From Acutalibacteraceae bacterium (GTDB lineage Bacteria > Bacillota > Clostridia > Oscillospirales > Acutalibacteraceae), in NCBI GenBank assembly GCA_045648425.1, contig JAZRNV010000089.1:17691-81690 (forward strand): DNA of 64,000 nucleotides, written 5' to 3'. Of the stretch, positions 55,183 through 63,694 are shown one piece after another. Under the pieces are notes generated by a model. It was not told where the DNA came from, searched no databases, and saw only the letters and a list, made by a program, of their open reading frames with translations. The position numbers and the translations under genes are program-made. The number at the start of each line of letters is the position of its first letter. The stretch's first letter is position 1.

Positions 55183-56523
55183 TCAGGTTGCGCTTTCCAT
55201 TTCCAGCTCGCACTGTGATTTAAACATGGGACGGTAGGTTGCAAGCACCTCGCTGACGTTGCCCTTGCCCTTCGAAATAGCAGTCCAGAAATCCCACTGA
55301 CTTGACCACAAGGTGCCAACGCCCATAAAGAAAGCGTTTTCGGTAAAGTTGTCATAGTCTGCCATCATAGCATTTTGCTCTTCGTTGAAGATCGACAGGA
55401 ATTCGTCATCATACTTGCCCGCTACCATCTTGTCAAAGGTGCGGGTAGCAATTATGTAGTTGAGAGCGCCCTGAGGATTTTTGGAAGAACTTGAAATGGC
55501 ATTGCCGTTGATATCGCCTGGCATTGCGTTGCCTTTGTTATCAGCGCCGTAGGGGAAAGGAACAATATCCCACTCAAGGGTTATTTCTTCTCTACCGATG
55601 GGCTTGGATATGTTGGTCTTAAGTGCGGCATACATTCCGATTTTGCCTTTTGCGAAAGAGCCGGTTGAAGCTACGCACTTGTCAACGCTGGCAAGACGAT
55701 GAATGTTGGTGAGGGCGTTTTGAACATTAAGTGTATCGAAGCAGTCGTAAATCTTGCCCTTTTCATCCATTCTTACAAGCTGACCGCCGTTTGCAACAAC
55801 GAACCAGCTGAAGTCCCATCCTTCATAGCCGAAAACATCGATTATATCGTCACCGTCGCTGTCTCTGGTGAGCTCTTTGCAGCACTTTTCAAAGGTTGCG
55901 TAGTTCCAGGTGCCTTCGTTGTAATAATCGACGGGAGACTTAACGTTGTATTGCTTAAACAAGTTGGTGTTAACACAGCAATAAACGGCGCTTTTGAAGC
56001 TTACGCCGATGGCATAGTTCTCACCCTTGTAGGAATAGTTCTTTTCGCAAAGCTCAATATCATCATCAAAGGTGGGGTGGTCAAGACCGATAACGCCCTT
56101 TTCTTTGAGCTCTTTGACTGAGTAAATCATTCCGCGATTGGCGGCCTTGGGCCACAGTTTATAAAAAACTGTTGTTACATCGGGAGCATCATCGGCGGCA
56201 AAGTCGGTTATGTAGACATTTTCCCAACCTTCCCACACAATATCTTTCTTTTCGAGGGTTCCGTTGTAGACGTTTTTGAAGTATTCGTCTCTTTCTTTGA
56301 TATATTCGTCACCGACATAGGGATTCTCATAAATCTTAACTGTTCCGGAATCTGAGAGAGCTGCCAAAACTTCTTCACTGACGTTGGCAACGCCACCGGG
56401 AACAAGATCATTTGGTAAGTTGGTAGCATCATCGCTTTGGGAACTGCCTTTGCATCCGGTTGCAACGACTGCAAGAGAGCAAACAAGCAACACAACAACA
56501 AAAAGAGCAAAAATACGTTTCAC
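55183..56523 (-). CDS. ABC sugar-binding lipoprotein, tandem paralog 4
   Basis: GTG at 56523 (VKRIFALFVVVLLVCSLAVVATGC) is preceded by AGAAGGA. The ORF track's extension to 56625 lacks an RBS. Confidence 0.75.
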   Translation of the reverse strand: MKRIFALFVVVLLVCSLAVVATGCKGSSQSDDATNLPNDLVPGGVANVSEEVLAALSDSGTVKIYENPYVGDEYIKERDEYFKNVYNGTLEKKDIVWEGWENVYITDFAADDAPDVTTVFYKLWPKAANRGMIYSVKELKEKGVIGLDHPTFDDDIELCEKNYSYKGENYAIGVSFKSAVYCCVNTNLFKQYNVKSPVDYYNEGTWNYATFEKCCKELTRDSDGDDIIDVFGYEGWDFSWFVVANGGQLVRMDEKGKIYDCFDTLNVQNALTNIHRLASVDKCVASTGSFAKGKIGMYAALKTNISKPIGREEITLEWDIVPFPYGADNKGNAMPGDINGNAISSSSKNPQGALNYIIATRTFDKMVAGKYDDEFLSIFNEEQNAMMADYDNFTENAFFMGVGTLWSSQWDFWTAISKGKGNVSEVLATYRPMFKSQCELEMESAT

Positions 56524-56868
56524 TGTTCGTCCTTCTTTCTGTTTGGAATTGAAAGTTGATATATATATAATATATATCCTCGCTTGGAAAATAGCCAATA
56601 AGCATATTAGACCACAATTAACCAATCCTATTTTAACACATATTTTTTAAATATAAACAAGGTTTACAAACATTTAACATTTTTCGTCACATTGCATATC
56701 ATTTCGCCCTTATTTATGGACAAAAAGCACAACAAAATTGGTAATATTTGTGACAACTATTCCCTGTTGCCTTTATTTTGCAATTATCGGTATCAATTTC
56801 ACCATAAAAATTGGTAAAAATTAACACGCTGTTATATCTATATGAGCAACAGTTATAAAACTTGTCCT

Positions 56869-56905
56869 AAAAAAAACACCCCGAAGCAAATATCGCTTCG
56901 GGGTG
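56869..56905 (-). terminator. rho-independent terminator after Asp-box paralog 1
   Basis: CACCCCGAAGC pairs with GCTTCGGGGTG, followed by TTTTTTT on the minus strand. Confidence 0.85.
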
Positions 56906-56917
56906 AACCCTATTTAA

Positions 56918-59008
56918 TTATTTTTGGGGCAGGGCCATTTTATATACACCGCGGCAGGCACCCGAAGCGAACAGCTCTCGGGTAAGGGGATTAATATCAA
57001 AATGGCTGATATCTCTTGCTGCTTGAGCACCACGGCTGCCGTCACCCACATTGCGGGCGCAGTTAAGCCAGGTCTTGCCGCCATCGGTAGTGCGGAGCAC
57101 GCCCGTTGCACTTGCATATACACCTCTGCCATTGCAAACGAAGATGCAATTTGTGTTTTCGGGGTCAACGGCAATATCGCGAATATCCATCGTGTCCCCT
57201 GTTAGGTCTCTTGCTTCGGCAAAGCTGTAAATAAGGGTTGCCTCGCCATCCTTAATTGAGACGGCGTAAACCTCATTCTTGTGAGCAAGAACCAGCAGAC
57301 ATTTGCCGTCAAAATCATATCGCATTTGTCTTACGCCGTTAGGTACGGAACCAACCTCGACCCAAGTAATGCCGTAGTCATCGGTACGTACAATCTTGCC
57401 GTCGCCGTTTACGCCAAAAAGCGCGCCTTCTTCACTGTGGCAGTATACGCCGTTGCATCCTTCCATTTCAGTCCAGCTAACACCCTTATCGACAGAGCGG
57501 TACTGTCCTGCAAAAACAATGTCATTTTTGCCGTATGCACCGTAGATGTTGGGGATTTTAACTACCAAATCGGTAATTTCAACAGTTTTGCCGCCATCGG
57601 TAGTGTGAGCTATTATTCTGTCACCGTGCCAGCTGCTGGTTTTAAGAGCTATTATATGATTTTCGTCAACAACATAGCCACCGTATGAATAACCGCCCCA
57701 AGGATTGCCCGACCAGTTAATATAGGTCCAGGTTTTGCCTGCATCGAGAGAGAAGCCGCCGTTATAATCCTGATTACCCAGAGCCATAAAGTTAGGATTG
57801 TTAACGTTATGGCTGATAGATGTGGTGCAAGAGCCGTTATAGCCATTGCCGCCCCAAACGAATTTTTCGGCAGCATTTTCGGAGCGCATAATCATATCGC
57901 CACCGGTTGAAATGCACAAATTCTCATCAGCACAGTTCCATGCAAAGACGGTCTGGCGCACGTTGTAAGGAATGAAGGAGTTTGACGCGTCAATCTCGCT
58001 CTCCTTCCAGGTTTGGCCGCCGTCGTGAGAATAGTATATAACGCTGGTATAACCAAGGCCTGCCAGAAGGTGGTCATCCTGCACGACCATATTGTTGGGG
58101 TTTACAGGGCTGACTCTGACTCTTGCAGGGTAGATGGTTGGGAAGCCCGCAGTATCAACCTTTTTGAAGTTGTCACCGTTATCTTCAGAAATGAACATAC
58201 CCTCAACCGCGCTGACATAAACATTATCTTTGCGTGTAGTGATAACATCCATACCGTGTGCTGTTGCTTCAAGAACCTTTTCAAAGGTTTGGCCGCCGTC
58301 CTTTGAGCGATAAACGCCCAGCTTGTGAGCGATGTAAACCCAGCCCTTTGAAGGACTTACATAAATTTCACCGCCGCCGGTATATTCTTCAGTGTTGACA
58401 ACGCTCCATGTTTCGCCGCCGTCGGTTGACTTAAGCAAAGCGGGATCTCTGTTTTCACCGCGGTTGTAATTTCTGGTATCACGTGACCAGTAAACGGTTG
58501 TGCAATAGCCCAGATTATCGTCAAAGCTGGTTTCGTCAAAGGCAATCTGATGACGGGTGTCGCGGTATGCACACAGCTTTGCATAATCGTTTTGGGTTTT
58601 GTTGTAGGTGAACATACCCTCCCAGGTATCACCCTTATCCTTAGAAAGATATATACCGTTTACGCCGTAATGGATTGAGTTTGCACCGATAAGCAAAACG
58701 CGATTGGCATTTTTGGGGTCGATAGACATACCGCATCCGCCTGATGAATAAAGGCCGATGGTGGTAAGCTCCCAATTTTTGCCGCCGTCAGTAGTGCGGT
58801 ATACACCGCCAACATCGGTGCCCATAAAGGCAAGGTCGGGATCGGTTGCTGAGGTGGTGATATAGATAGGCCACTGACAGCCCTCACCGCCTGTGTAGCC
58901 CTGAGCCAGAAGCTCTGCAGTTACCAGAGGCACTGCCTGCCAGGGTGTATCAACAGTTGGGTGCTTTTCGTTTGATGTAAAAGCACCTTCAAGATTAAAT
59001 CCGTACAT
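56918..59008 (-). CDS. Asp-box (BNR) repeat double beta-propeller protein, GH74-like, no signal peptide (paralog 1)
   Basis: 696 aa with about 11 SxDxGxTW-type boxes (TTDGGKNW, SKDKGDTW, STDGGETW, SHDGGQTW, SLDAGKTW...). GTDVGGVYR and QDYNGG motifs occur, one in each half. The N-terminus is not hydrophobic. Confidence 0.6.
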   Translation of the reverse strand: MYGFNLEGAFTSNEKHPTVDTPWQAVPLVTAELLAQGYTGGEGCQWPIYITTSATDPDLAFMGTDVGGVYRTTDGGKNWELTTIGLYSSGGCGMSIDPKNANRVLLIGANSIHYGVNGIYLSKDKGDTWEGMFTYNKTQNDYAKLCAYRDTRHQIAFDETSFDDNLGYCTTVYWSRDTRNYNRGENRDPALLKSTDGGETWSVVNTEEYTGGGEIYVSPSKGWVYIAHKLGVYRSKDGGQTFEKVLEATAHGMDVITTRKDNVYVSAVEGMFISEDNGDNFKKVDTAGFPTIYPARVRVSPVNPNNMVVQDDHLLAGLGYTSVIYYSHDGGQTWKESEIDASNSFIPYNVRQTVFAWNCADENLCISTGGDMIMRSENAAEKFVWGGNGYNGSCTTSISHNVNNPNFMALGNQDYNGGFSLDAGKTWTYINWSGNPWGGYSYGGYVVDENHIIALKTSSWHGDRIIAHTTDGGKTVEITDLVVKIPNIYGAYGKNDIVFAGQYRSVDKGVSWTEMEGCNGVYCHSEEGALFGVNGDGKIVRTDDYGITWVEVGSVPNGVRQMRYDFDGKCLLVLAHKNEVYAVSIKDGEATLIYSFAEARDLTGDTMDIRDIAVDPENTNCIFVCNGRGVYASATGVLRTTDGGKTWLNCARNVGDGSRGAQAARDISHFDINPLTRELFASGACRGVYKMALPQK

Positions 59009-59184
59009 TTTTACCCACTCCTCATAAAAAGCTGCGTTGTCGTTAAGCAGTGAACATATGCAAGCGCTTGACCGCGTTTTTTCTGCCGCTCACCATAGGT
59101 AATACTGCCGGTTTTAATCGGCAATATAGCCAATATTTCAGCCAGAGCGCCGGTGCAAACAACTTACTTGAATAATAAACTAAC

Positions 59185-59216
59185 GCCACCCTTTTGTCAA
59201 CAATAAAAAGGGTGGC
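59185..59216 (-). terminator. stem-loop terminator after Asp-box paralog 2
   Basis: GCCACCCTTTT pairs with AAAAGGGTGGC around a 10-nt loop, with a U-rich but interrupted tail. Confidence 0.55.
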
Positions 59217-59232
59217 ATTTTTCACAAATTTG

Positions 59233-61320
59233 CTATGCTTTTTTTGGAACGGGAGGATGGGCTATCTTCCACACTCCGCGGCATCCGCCTGAGGTGAAAA
59301 GCTCACGTGTATTGGGGTTAACGCGTGCTGCACCTGTCATCACTCCGCCGTTAAGTCCTTTGCGTCCGTCGCCCACCTTGCGATTAAGGCAGGTGAAGCT
59401 TTCGCCGTCATCAAGAGAGCGCATTACGCTGTCAATGGTGTATTCGTGGCAGGTGCAGGTAACATAGACTATCTGCGGGCACACCGGGTCAACGCACACC
59501 GCCCTTGCCTCAACCGAGCCGTACTCGCTTCGCTTAAAGCCGGGATGACTGACATTCTTTCCGCGGTAGTAGTGACCGTTCGCCAATACAACATGAATGG
59601 TTTTATCCTGATGATTGTAGGCGATATCCCAAATTTTGTGGGTAAAAGCATAAACGGTGCGCCAGGTCAGTCCTTTATCATCGGATATAACAAGATTTTG
59701 CCCGTCAGCGCCGAAAAGCTGCGCTGTATTGGGGTCAAAGGTATAGACACCCATACAGTTTTCCATCTGAGTAAAGGTGTAGCCGCGGTCAGCGGTGCGC
59801 AGGCCGCCCAAAAAAGCAACATTCGGGTCACCGGGCACTCCGCAAGCCACCTGGTTGCCCCAAACCTCAACGCCTGCATCCTCTACGGTTTTGCCTCCGT
59901 CGTGGGTAACGCGTATCACTCCGCCCCCTGCCCAGCTTTGAGCTACACCTGCTGCTCCGTTTTGCTCGTCAAACATATAAGAGCAATAGGTATGACCGCC
60001 CCAGGGCTTGCCTGACCAGTTTACATAATTCCACGTTTTTCCGTTGTCAAAGGTTATTCCTCCATTAAAATCCTGGCTGGATAAGGCCATTATGTTGGGA
60101 TAGTTGGCGTTCCAATTATATTTACCGCCAACGCAAATTCCGTTAAAGCCCGTAAGTGAGTAGACGAAGTGCTCACCCCCGTCAACAGACCGCCAGGAGC
60201 TTGCACCGAACACCTCGCCTTTGGTGTGGGTAAACCAAAAGAGTGCGCCGTCCCAGCTGTTGGCAGGCACCCAGAGCCCTTTAGGGTCGCGGCTGCCCTT
60301 GCCCCAGGTTTTGCCTCCGTCACGGGTGAAAAAGACGGTATGAGCCCAGCAATGCTCAGGGTCAGCAGAGTGGTTGTCAAGAAGTATCATATTGTTGGTG
60401 TCAACGGGACTTACTCGCAGCCGCTCAGGGCAAAAGGTGGGAAAATTCTCCCCCTTTACACATCGCCAGGTGTCACCTGCGTTCTCTGAAATATATATGC
60501 CATTGCGAGTTGAAACATAGATATTGTCGGGCCGCGTGCGTATTAAATCCATTGACAGGGGCTCAACATCAAGCACCTTTTCAAAGTGCTCTCCCCTATC
60601 CTTTGACCGATAAACACCCGGTTCTTTCATATCGTGATTTACCGAAACAAACACCCAACCGTTTTTGGCACTCACTCCCAGGTCACCGCCGCCAAAGCCC
60701 AGGGTGTCGGGAATTTCGTGCCAGTGCTCTCCCCCGTCATCCGAGCGGTAGATGGCAGGGTAGCTTGTTTCAACATTGCCGCGATAGGTCTTGCCTGCGT
60801 AGGAATGCTTGTAAGAATATTCGCGAGACCAATATGCCACTGCACTGCCGCCGATTTTTTCATCGTAGGTGGTAGTGTCAAAAGCAGTCTGATTGCGGCG
60901 GTCGTTATGGATGCCAACCTGGCCGTGACCCGTATCCTCAACAGTGTAAACGTAGCGCCAGGTTTCTCCCTTATCGGTAGACAGGTGGATTCCGTTGCCA
61001 TAGTGACGCCAAGTGTTTGCACCGATAAACAAAACGCGGTTAATATTATTGGCATCAATGGCAAAGCCCACCGCACCGCAGGACACCATACCAAGCGTGC
61101 ACATATGCCAATGTCTGCCTCCGTCAAGGGTGCGGTAAAGGCCTGCGCAATCAGTGCCGAAAAAACCCAACTGACTATCAACGGGGTCAAAAATCAGATA
61201 AGGCGTTGACTGACAGCTTTCGCCCCCTTCAAAGCCCATATCAAGAATTTCTTGACTTACCATGGGCACGTGCTGCCACACATCGGTATCAAAGAGTAAT
61301 TTTTCGCTCATTACCATCAT
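59233..61320 (-). CDS. Asp-box repeat double beta-propeller protein, GH74-like, no signal peptide (paralog 2)
   Basis: 695 aa and collinear with paralog 1 (GTDCAGLYRTLDGGRHW, SQDFNGGITFDNGKTW, C-terminal GGCRGVWKIA). Confidence 0.6.
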   Translation of the reverse strand: MMVMSEKLLFDTDVWQHVPMVSQEILDMGFEGGESCQSTPYLIFDPVDSQLGFFGTDCAGLYRTLDGGRHWHMCTLGMVSCGAVGFAIDANNINRVLFIGANTWRHYGNGIHLSTDKGETWRYVYTVEDTGHGQVGIHNDRRNQTAFDTTTYDEKIGGSAVAYWSREYSYKHSYAGKTYRGNVETSYPAIYRSDDGGEHWHEIPDTLGFGGGDLGVSAKNGWVFVSVNHDMKEPGVYRSKDRGEHFEKVLDVEPLSMDLIRTRPDNIYVSTRNGIYISENAGDTWRCVKGENFPTFCPERLRVSPVDTNNMILLDNHSADPEHCWAHTVFFTRDGGKTWGKGSRDPKGLWVPANSWDGALFWFTHTKGEVFGASSWRSVDGGEHFVYSLTGFNGICVGGKYNWNANYPNIMALSSQDFNGGITFDNGKTWNYVNWSGKPWGGHTYCSYMFDEQNGAAGVAQSWAGGGVIRVTHDGGKTVEDAGVEVWGNQVACGVPGDPNVAFLGGLRTADRGYTFTQMENCMGVYTFDPNTAQLFGADGQNLVISDDKGLTWRTVYAFTHKIWDIAYNHQDKTIHVVLANGHYYRGKNVSHPGFKRSEYGSVEARAVCVDPVCPQIVYVTCTCHEYTIDSVMRSLDDGESFTCLNRKVGDGRKGLNGGVMTGAARVNPNTRELFTSGGCRGVWKIAHPPVPKKA

Positions 61321-61379
61321 CCCATCCCTTGATTGGATTCTGCTTGCTTAAAATGATACTGTATTTACCTGTTATGATA

Positions 61380-63569
61380 TTACGACTTGTTTTTAGTGTC
61401 GGAGGGAGCCGCCTTTATCTTCCACATTCCGCGGCAACCGCTGACAACAAATACCTCTCGAGTCAGCTGATTAAACTCGATACCACTTGCGTGACGTCCG
61501 CCGTCAGGGCCCTCTCTGCCGTCACCGTATTCACGGTTAAGACAGGTCCAGGTTTTGCCACCGTCAAGCGAACGGAAAACCGCACTGTAGTTAAAGGCGT
61601 CTGCCTGCCATCCCCTTGAAAGATAAAGAATGTTGCCGTTTTCGGGGTCGGTCACCACTCCTGTAGCACGATTCAGCTCACCGTTAACCTGAGACAGACG
61701 CTTGTCGGTGCCCAGCACGCCCTTGTGCAATCCGGCATTTGAGGTAACAAAAACAGTCTGTGTTTTTGCATCGTAGGCGATGTCAGTTACCTCATATTCA
61801 CCCACAATGGCCTTAACCCAGGTAGCGCCGTTATCGTCTGAATATACCACGTTGTAGCCGTTGCTGCCGATGAGTCGACCTGTTGACTTATCACCGGTAA
61901 ACACTCCCGTGCAGCCCTCCATAACCGACCAATTTTTGCCTCGGTCGGTAGTGCGGTATTCTCCAAAAAAGGCAATGTCATCATTGCCAAAGGCGCTGTG
62001 ACCTACCTTGGAGCCCTTTACCTCAAGACGTGTGCGAACAACGTTTTTGCCGCCGTCATAAGAGCAAGCCAGATAACGGGTAGCAGTCCATCCGTCGGCA
62101 TAAGAGGCCACCAAAGTTTTTTCATCAAGGCAATAAGAGCCGTATGTGAAGCCGCCCCAACCATTGCCACTCCAGTTTACATAATTCCAAGTGTAGCCGG
62201 AGTCGGTAGAGTATCCGCCGTTAAAGTCTTGACTGCCGATTGCCATAAGAGCGTTGTTGTTGGTGTTGACGCTGATTTTACCGCTGCCCACGGCAATTCC
62301 GGTAAAGCCGGTGCGTGAATAGTCAAAGGTTTTGCCCCCATCCACCGAAAGATAGGGGCCGTTAGTCATAATAACATTGGCCTTGGTGGGATGCCAGGTG
62401 CAAATTGCCTTCCAGGAGTTTTTGGGCATAATATCCCCAACCGAGTTGTCACGGCTGCTCTCGCCCCAAGTGACACCGCCATCATTGGAATATAGAAGCT
62501 TATACTTAAAATGCTCGTCACTTATTACCACGTTAACAGCGATGTTCTTTTCATTGGCAGGGCTTACGGACAGGGTCAGCATCTCTTCAACCGCACCCAG
62601 TCCGTGACTGCTTATTTTTTTCCAGCTTTTACCGCCGTCAGCGCTTTCGTATATATCGCTGAGGTCGCACATCCATACCTTGGAGGCCTTGTTTTGATGG
62701 GAATAGACGCATCTGACATTGCCATCAAAGGTTTTTTCCCAGCTTTTACCGCCGTCACTTGAAATAAAGATGCCCTTATCACTGCCGGCAATAACATTAC
62801 CCGTCTTGTTATCAACGGTGATTTCGCCGCCTGCTATATCTTCTGTGCCTGCAAGCTCTTTCCACGTTTTGCCGCCATCCTCACTTTTGTAAACAGCAGG
62901 ATGATTATACTCACTTGCTTTGTCACTTTTCTTATGATCCTCACGAGACCAGTACACAACGGCACTGCCCTTTATTTTTTCACTGTAGCTGCTTTTATCA
63001 AAGGCAAGTTGACGGCGATAGTCATTTTGAATGCCTATGCATCCCTCAAAATCGGTTTTGGCTTTAAAGACATATTGCCACAGCTCGCCGCAGTTTTCAG
63101 AAAGGTAAATGCCGTTGGCAACGTGGTACCCCGAGTTGCCGCCCACAGCAATTACACGGTTTTTATTATTGGGGTCAATAAGTATGCTGTTGGCACCGCA
63201 GGCCTCAAAGCCGAAGGTGCAAGGAGTCCATGTTTTTCCGCTGTCAGTGCTTTTGTAAATGGCGGCAACGTCTGTGCCAAAAAACATAGTGGTGCCGTCT
63301 ATGGGATCATAAACGATGGAAGGCATGGCTTGACATCCCTCGCCCCCTGCGAAGCCAAGGTCTCGCAGTTGCTTTGAGATAAAAGGCACTGCCTGCCACA
63401 CATCGGTATCTAAAAGGGTGCCCTTCTCAGCTGCAACAGGATTATCAGCAGCTGATGATGAGGGCGCTTTTCCGCTTTGAGAGGCAGAATCACCGCCACA
63501 ACCCACAAATGAAAAAAGCACACCCAAGCAAAGTATCAAAGATAAAATCTTGACATTATTGTTTTTCAT
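61380..63569 (-). CDS. Asp-box repeat double beta-propeller lipoprotein, GH74-like, surface-exposed (paralog 3)
   Basis: 729 aa. MKNNNVKILSLILCLGVLFSFVGC lipobox plus a Ser/Ala-rich linker, then the same architecture (GTDVAAIYKSTDSGKTW, SQDFNGGYSTDSGYTW, SGCRGMWKIK). Confidence 0.6.
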   Translation of the reverse strand: MKNNNVKILSLILCLGVLFSFVGCGGDSASQSGKAPSSSAADNPVAAEKGTLLDTDVWQAVPFISKQLRDLGFAGGEGCQAMPSIVYDPIDGTTMFFGTDVAAIYKSTDSGKTWTPCTFGFEACGANSILIDPNNKNRVIAVGGNSGYHVANGIYLSENCGELWQYVFKAKTDFEGCIGIQNDYRRQLAFDKSSYSEKIKGSAVVYWSREDHKKSDKASEYNHPAVYKSEDGGKTWKELAGTEDIAGGEITVDNKTGNVIAGSDKGIFISSDGGKSWEKTFDGNVRCVYSHQNKASKVWMCDLSDIYESADGGKSWKKISSHGLGAVEEMLTLSVSPANEKNIAVNVVISDEHFKYKLLYSNDGGVTWGESSRDNSVGDIMPKNSWKAICTWHPTKANVIMTNGPYLSVDGGKTFDYSRTGFTGIAVGSGKISVNTNNNALMAIGSQDFNGGYSTDSGYTWNYVNWSGNGWGGFTYGSYCLDEKTLVASYADGWTATRYLACSYDGGKNVVRTRLEVKGSKVGHSAFGNDDIAFFGEYRTTDRGKNWSVMEGCTGVFTGDKSTGRLIGSNGYNVVYSDDNGATWVKAIVGEYEVTDIAYDAKTQTVFVTSNAGLHKGVLGTDKRLSQVNGELNRATGVVTDPENGNILYLSRGWQADAFNYSAVFRSLDGGKTWTCLNREYGDGREGPDGGRHASGIEFNQLTREVFVVSGCRGMWKIKAAPSDTKNKS

Positions 63570-63585
63570 TCTTTTTCTCCTTTAC

Positions 63586-63630
63586 AAAAACAGCAATGGT
63601 TGAGTTTATAATAAAACAACCATTGCTGTT
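63586..63630 (-). terminator. terminator-like hairpin between Asp-box paralogs 4 and 3
   Basis: CAGCAATGGTTG pairs with CAACCATTGCTG, then TTTTT on the minus strand. It ends only about 20 nt before the ATG of paralog 3 and directly abuts its RBS AAAGGAG. Confidence 0.55.
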
Positions 63631-63694
63631 GGGTAAATAGATTAAACGATAATGAATTTGTATATTTTGATATCGCTATTTGTTTATTTCAGTA

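Noticed and set aside
56524-56868. 345-bp AT-rich non-coding region upstream of the SBP array, with a direct repeat AAAATTGGTAA (about 56737 and about 56808) and a TA-dinucleotide run (56559..56580)
   Set aside because: It probably holds the promoter and regulator sites. However, several equally weak -35/-10 combinations fit and the repeats are short. I cannot support a specific element from sequence alone.
59043-59225. 60-aa minus-strand ORF in the gap between Asp-box paralogs 2 and 1
   Set aside because: It has no RBS, starts inside the terminator hairpin (59185..59216), and has a basic low-complexity composition. It is probably non-coding intergenic sequence that also contains a 10-bp palindrome, CAAGCGCTTG.
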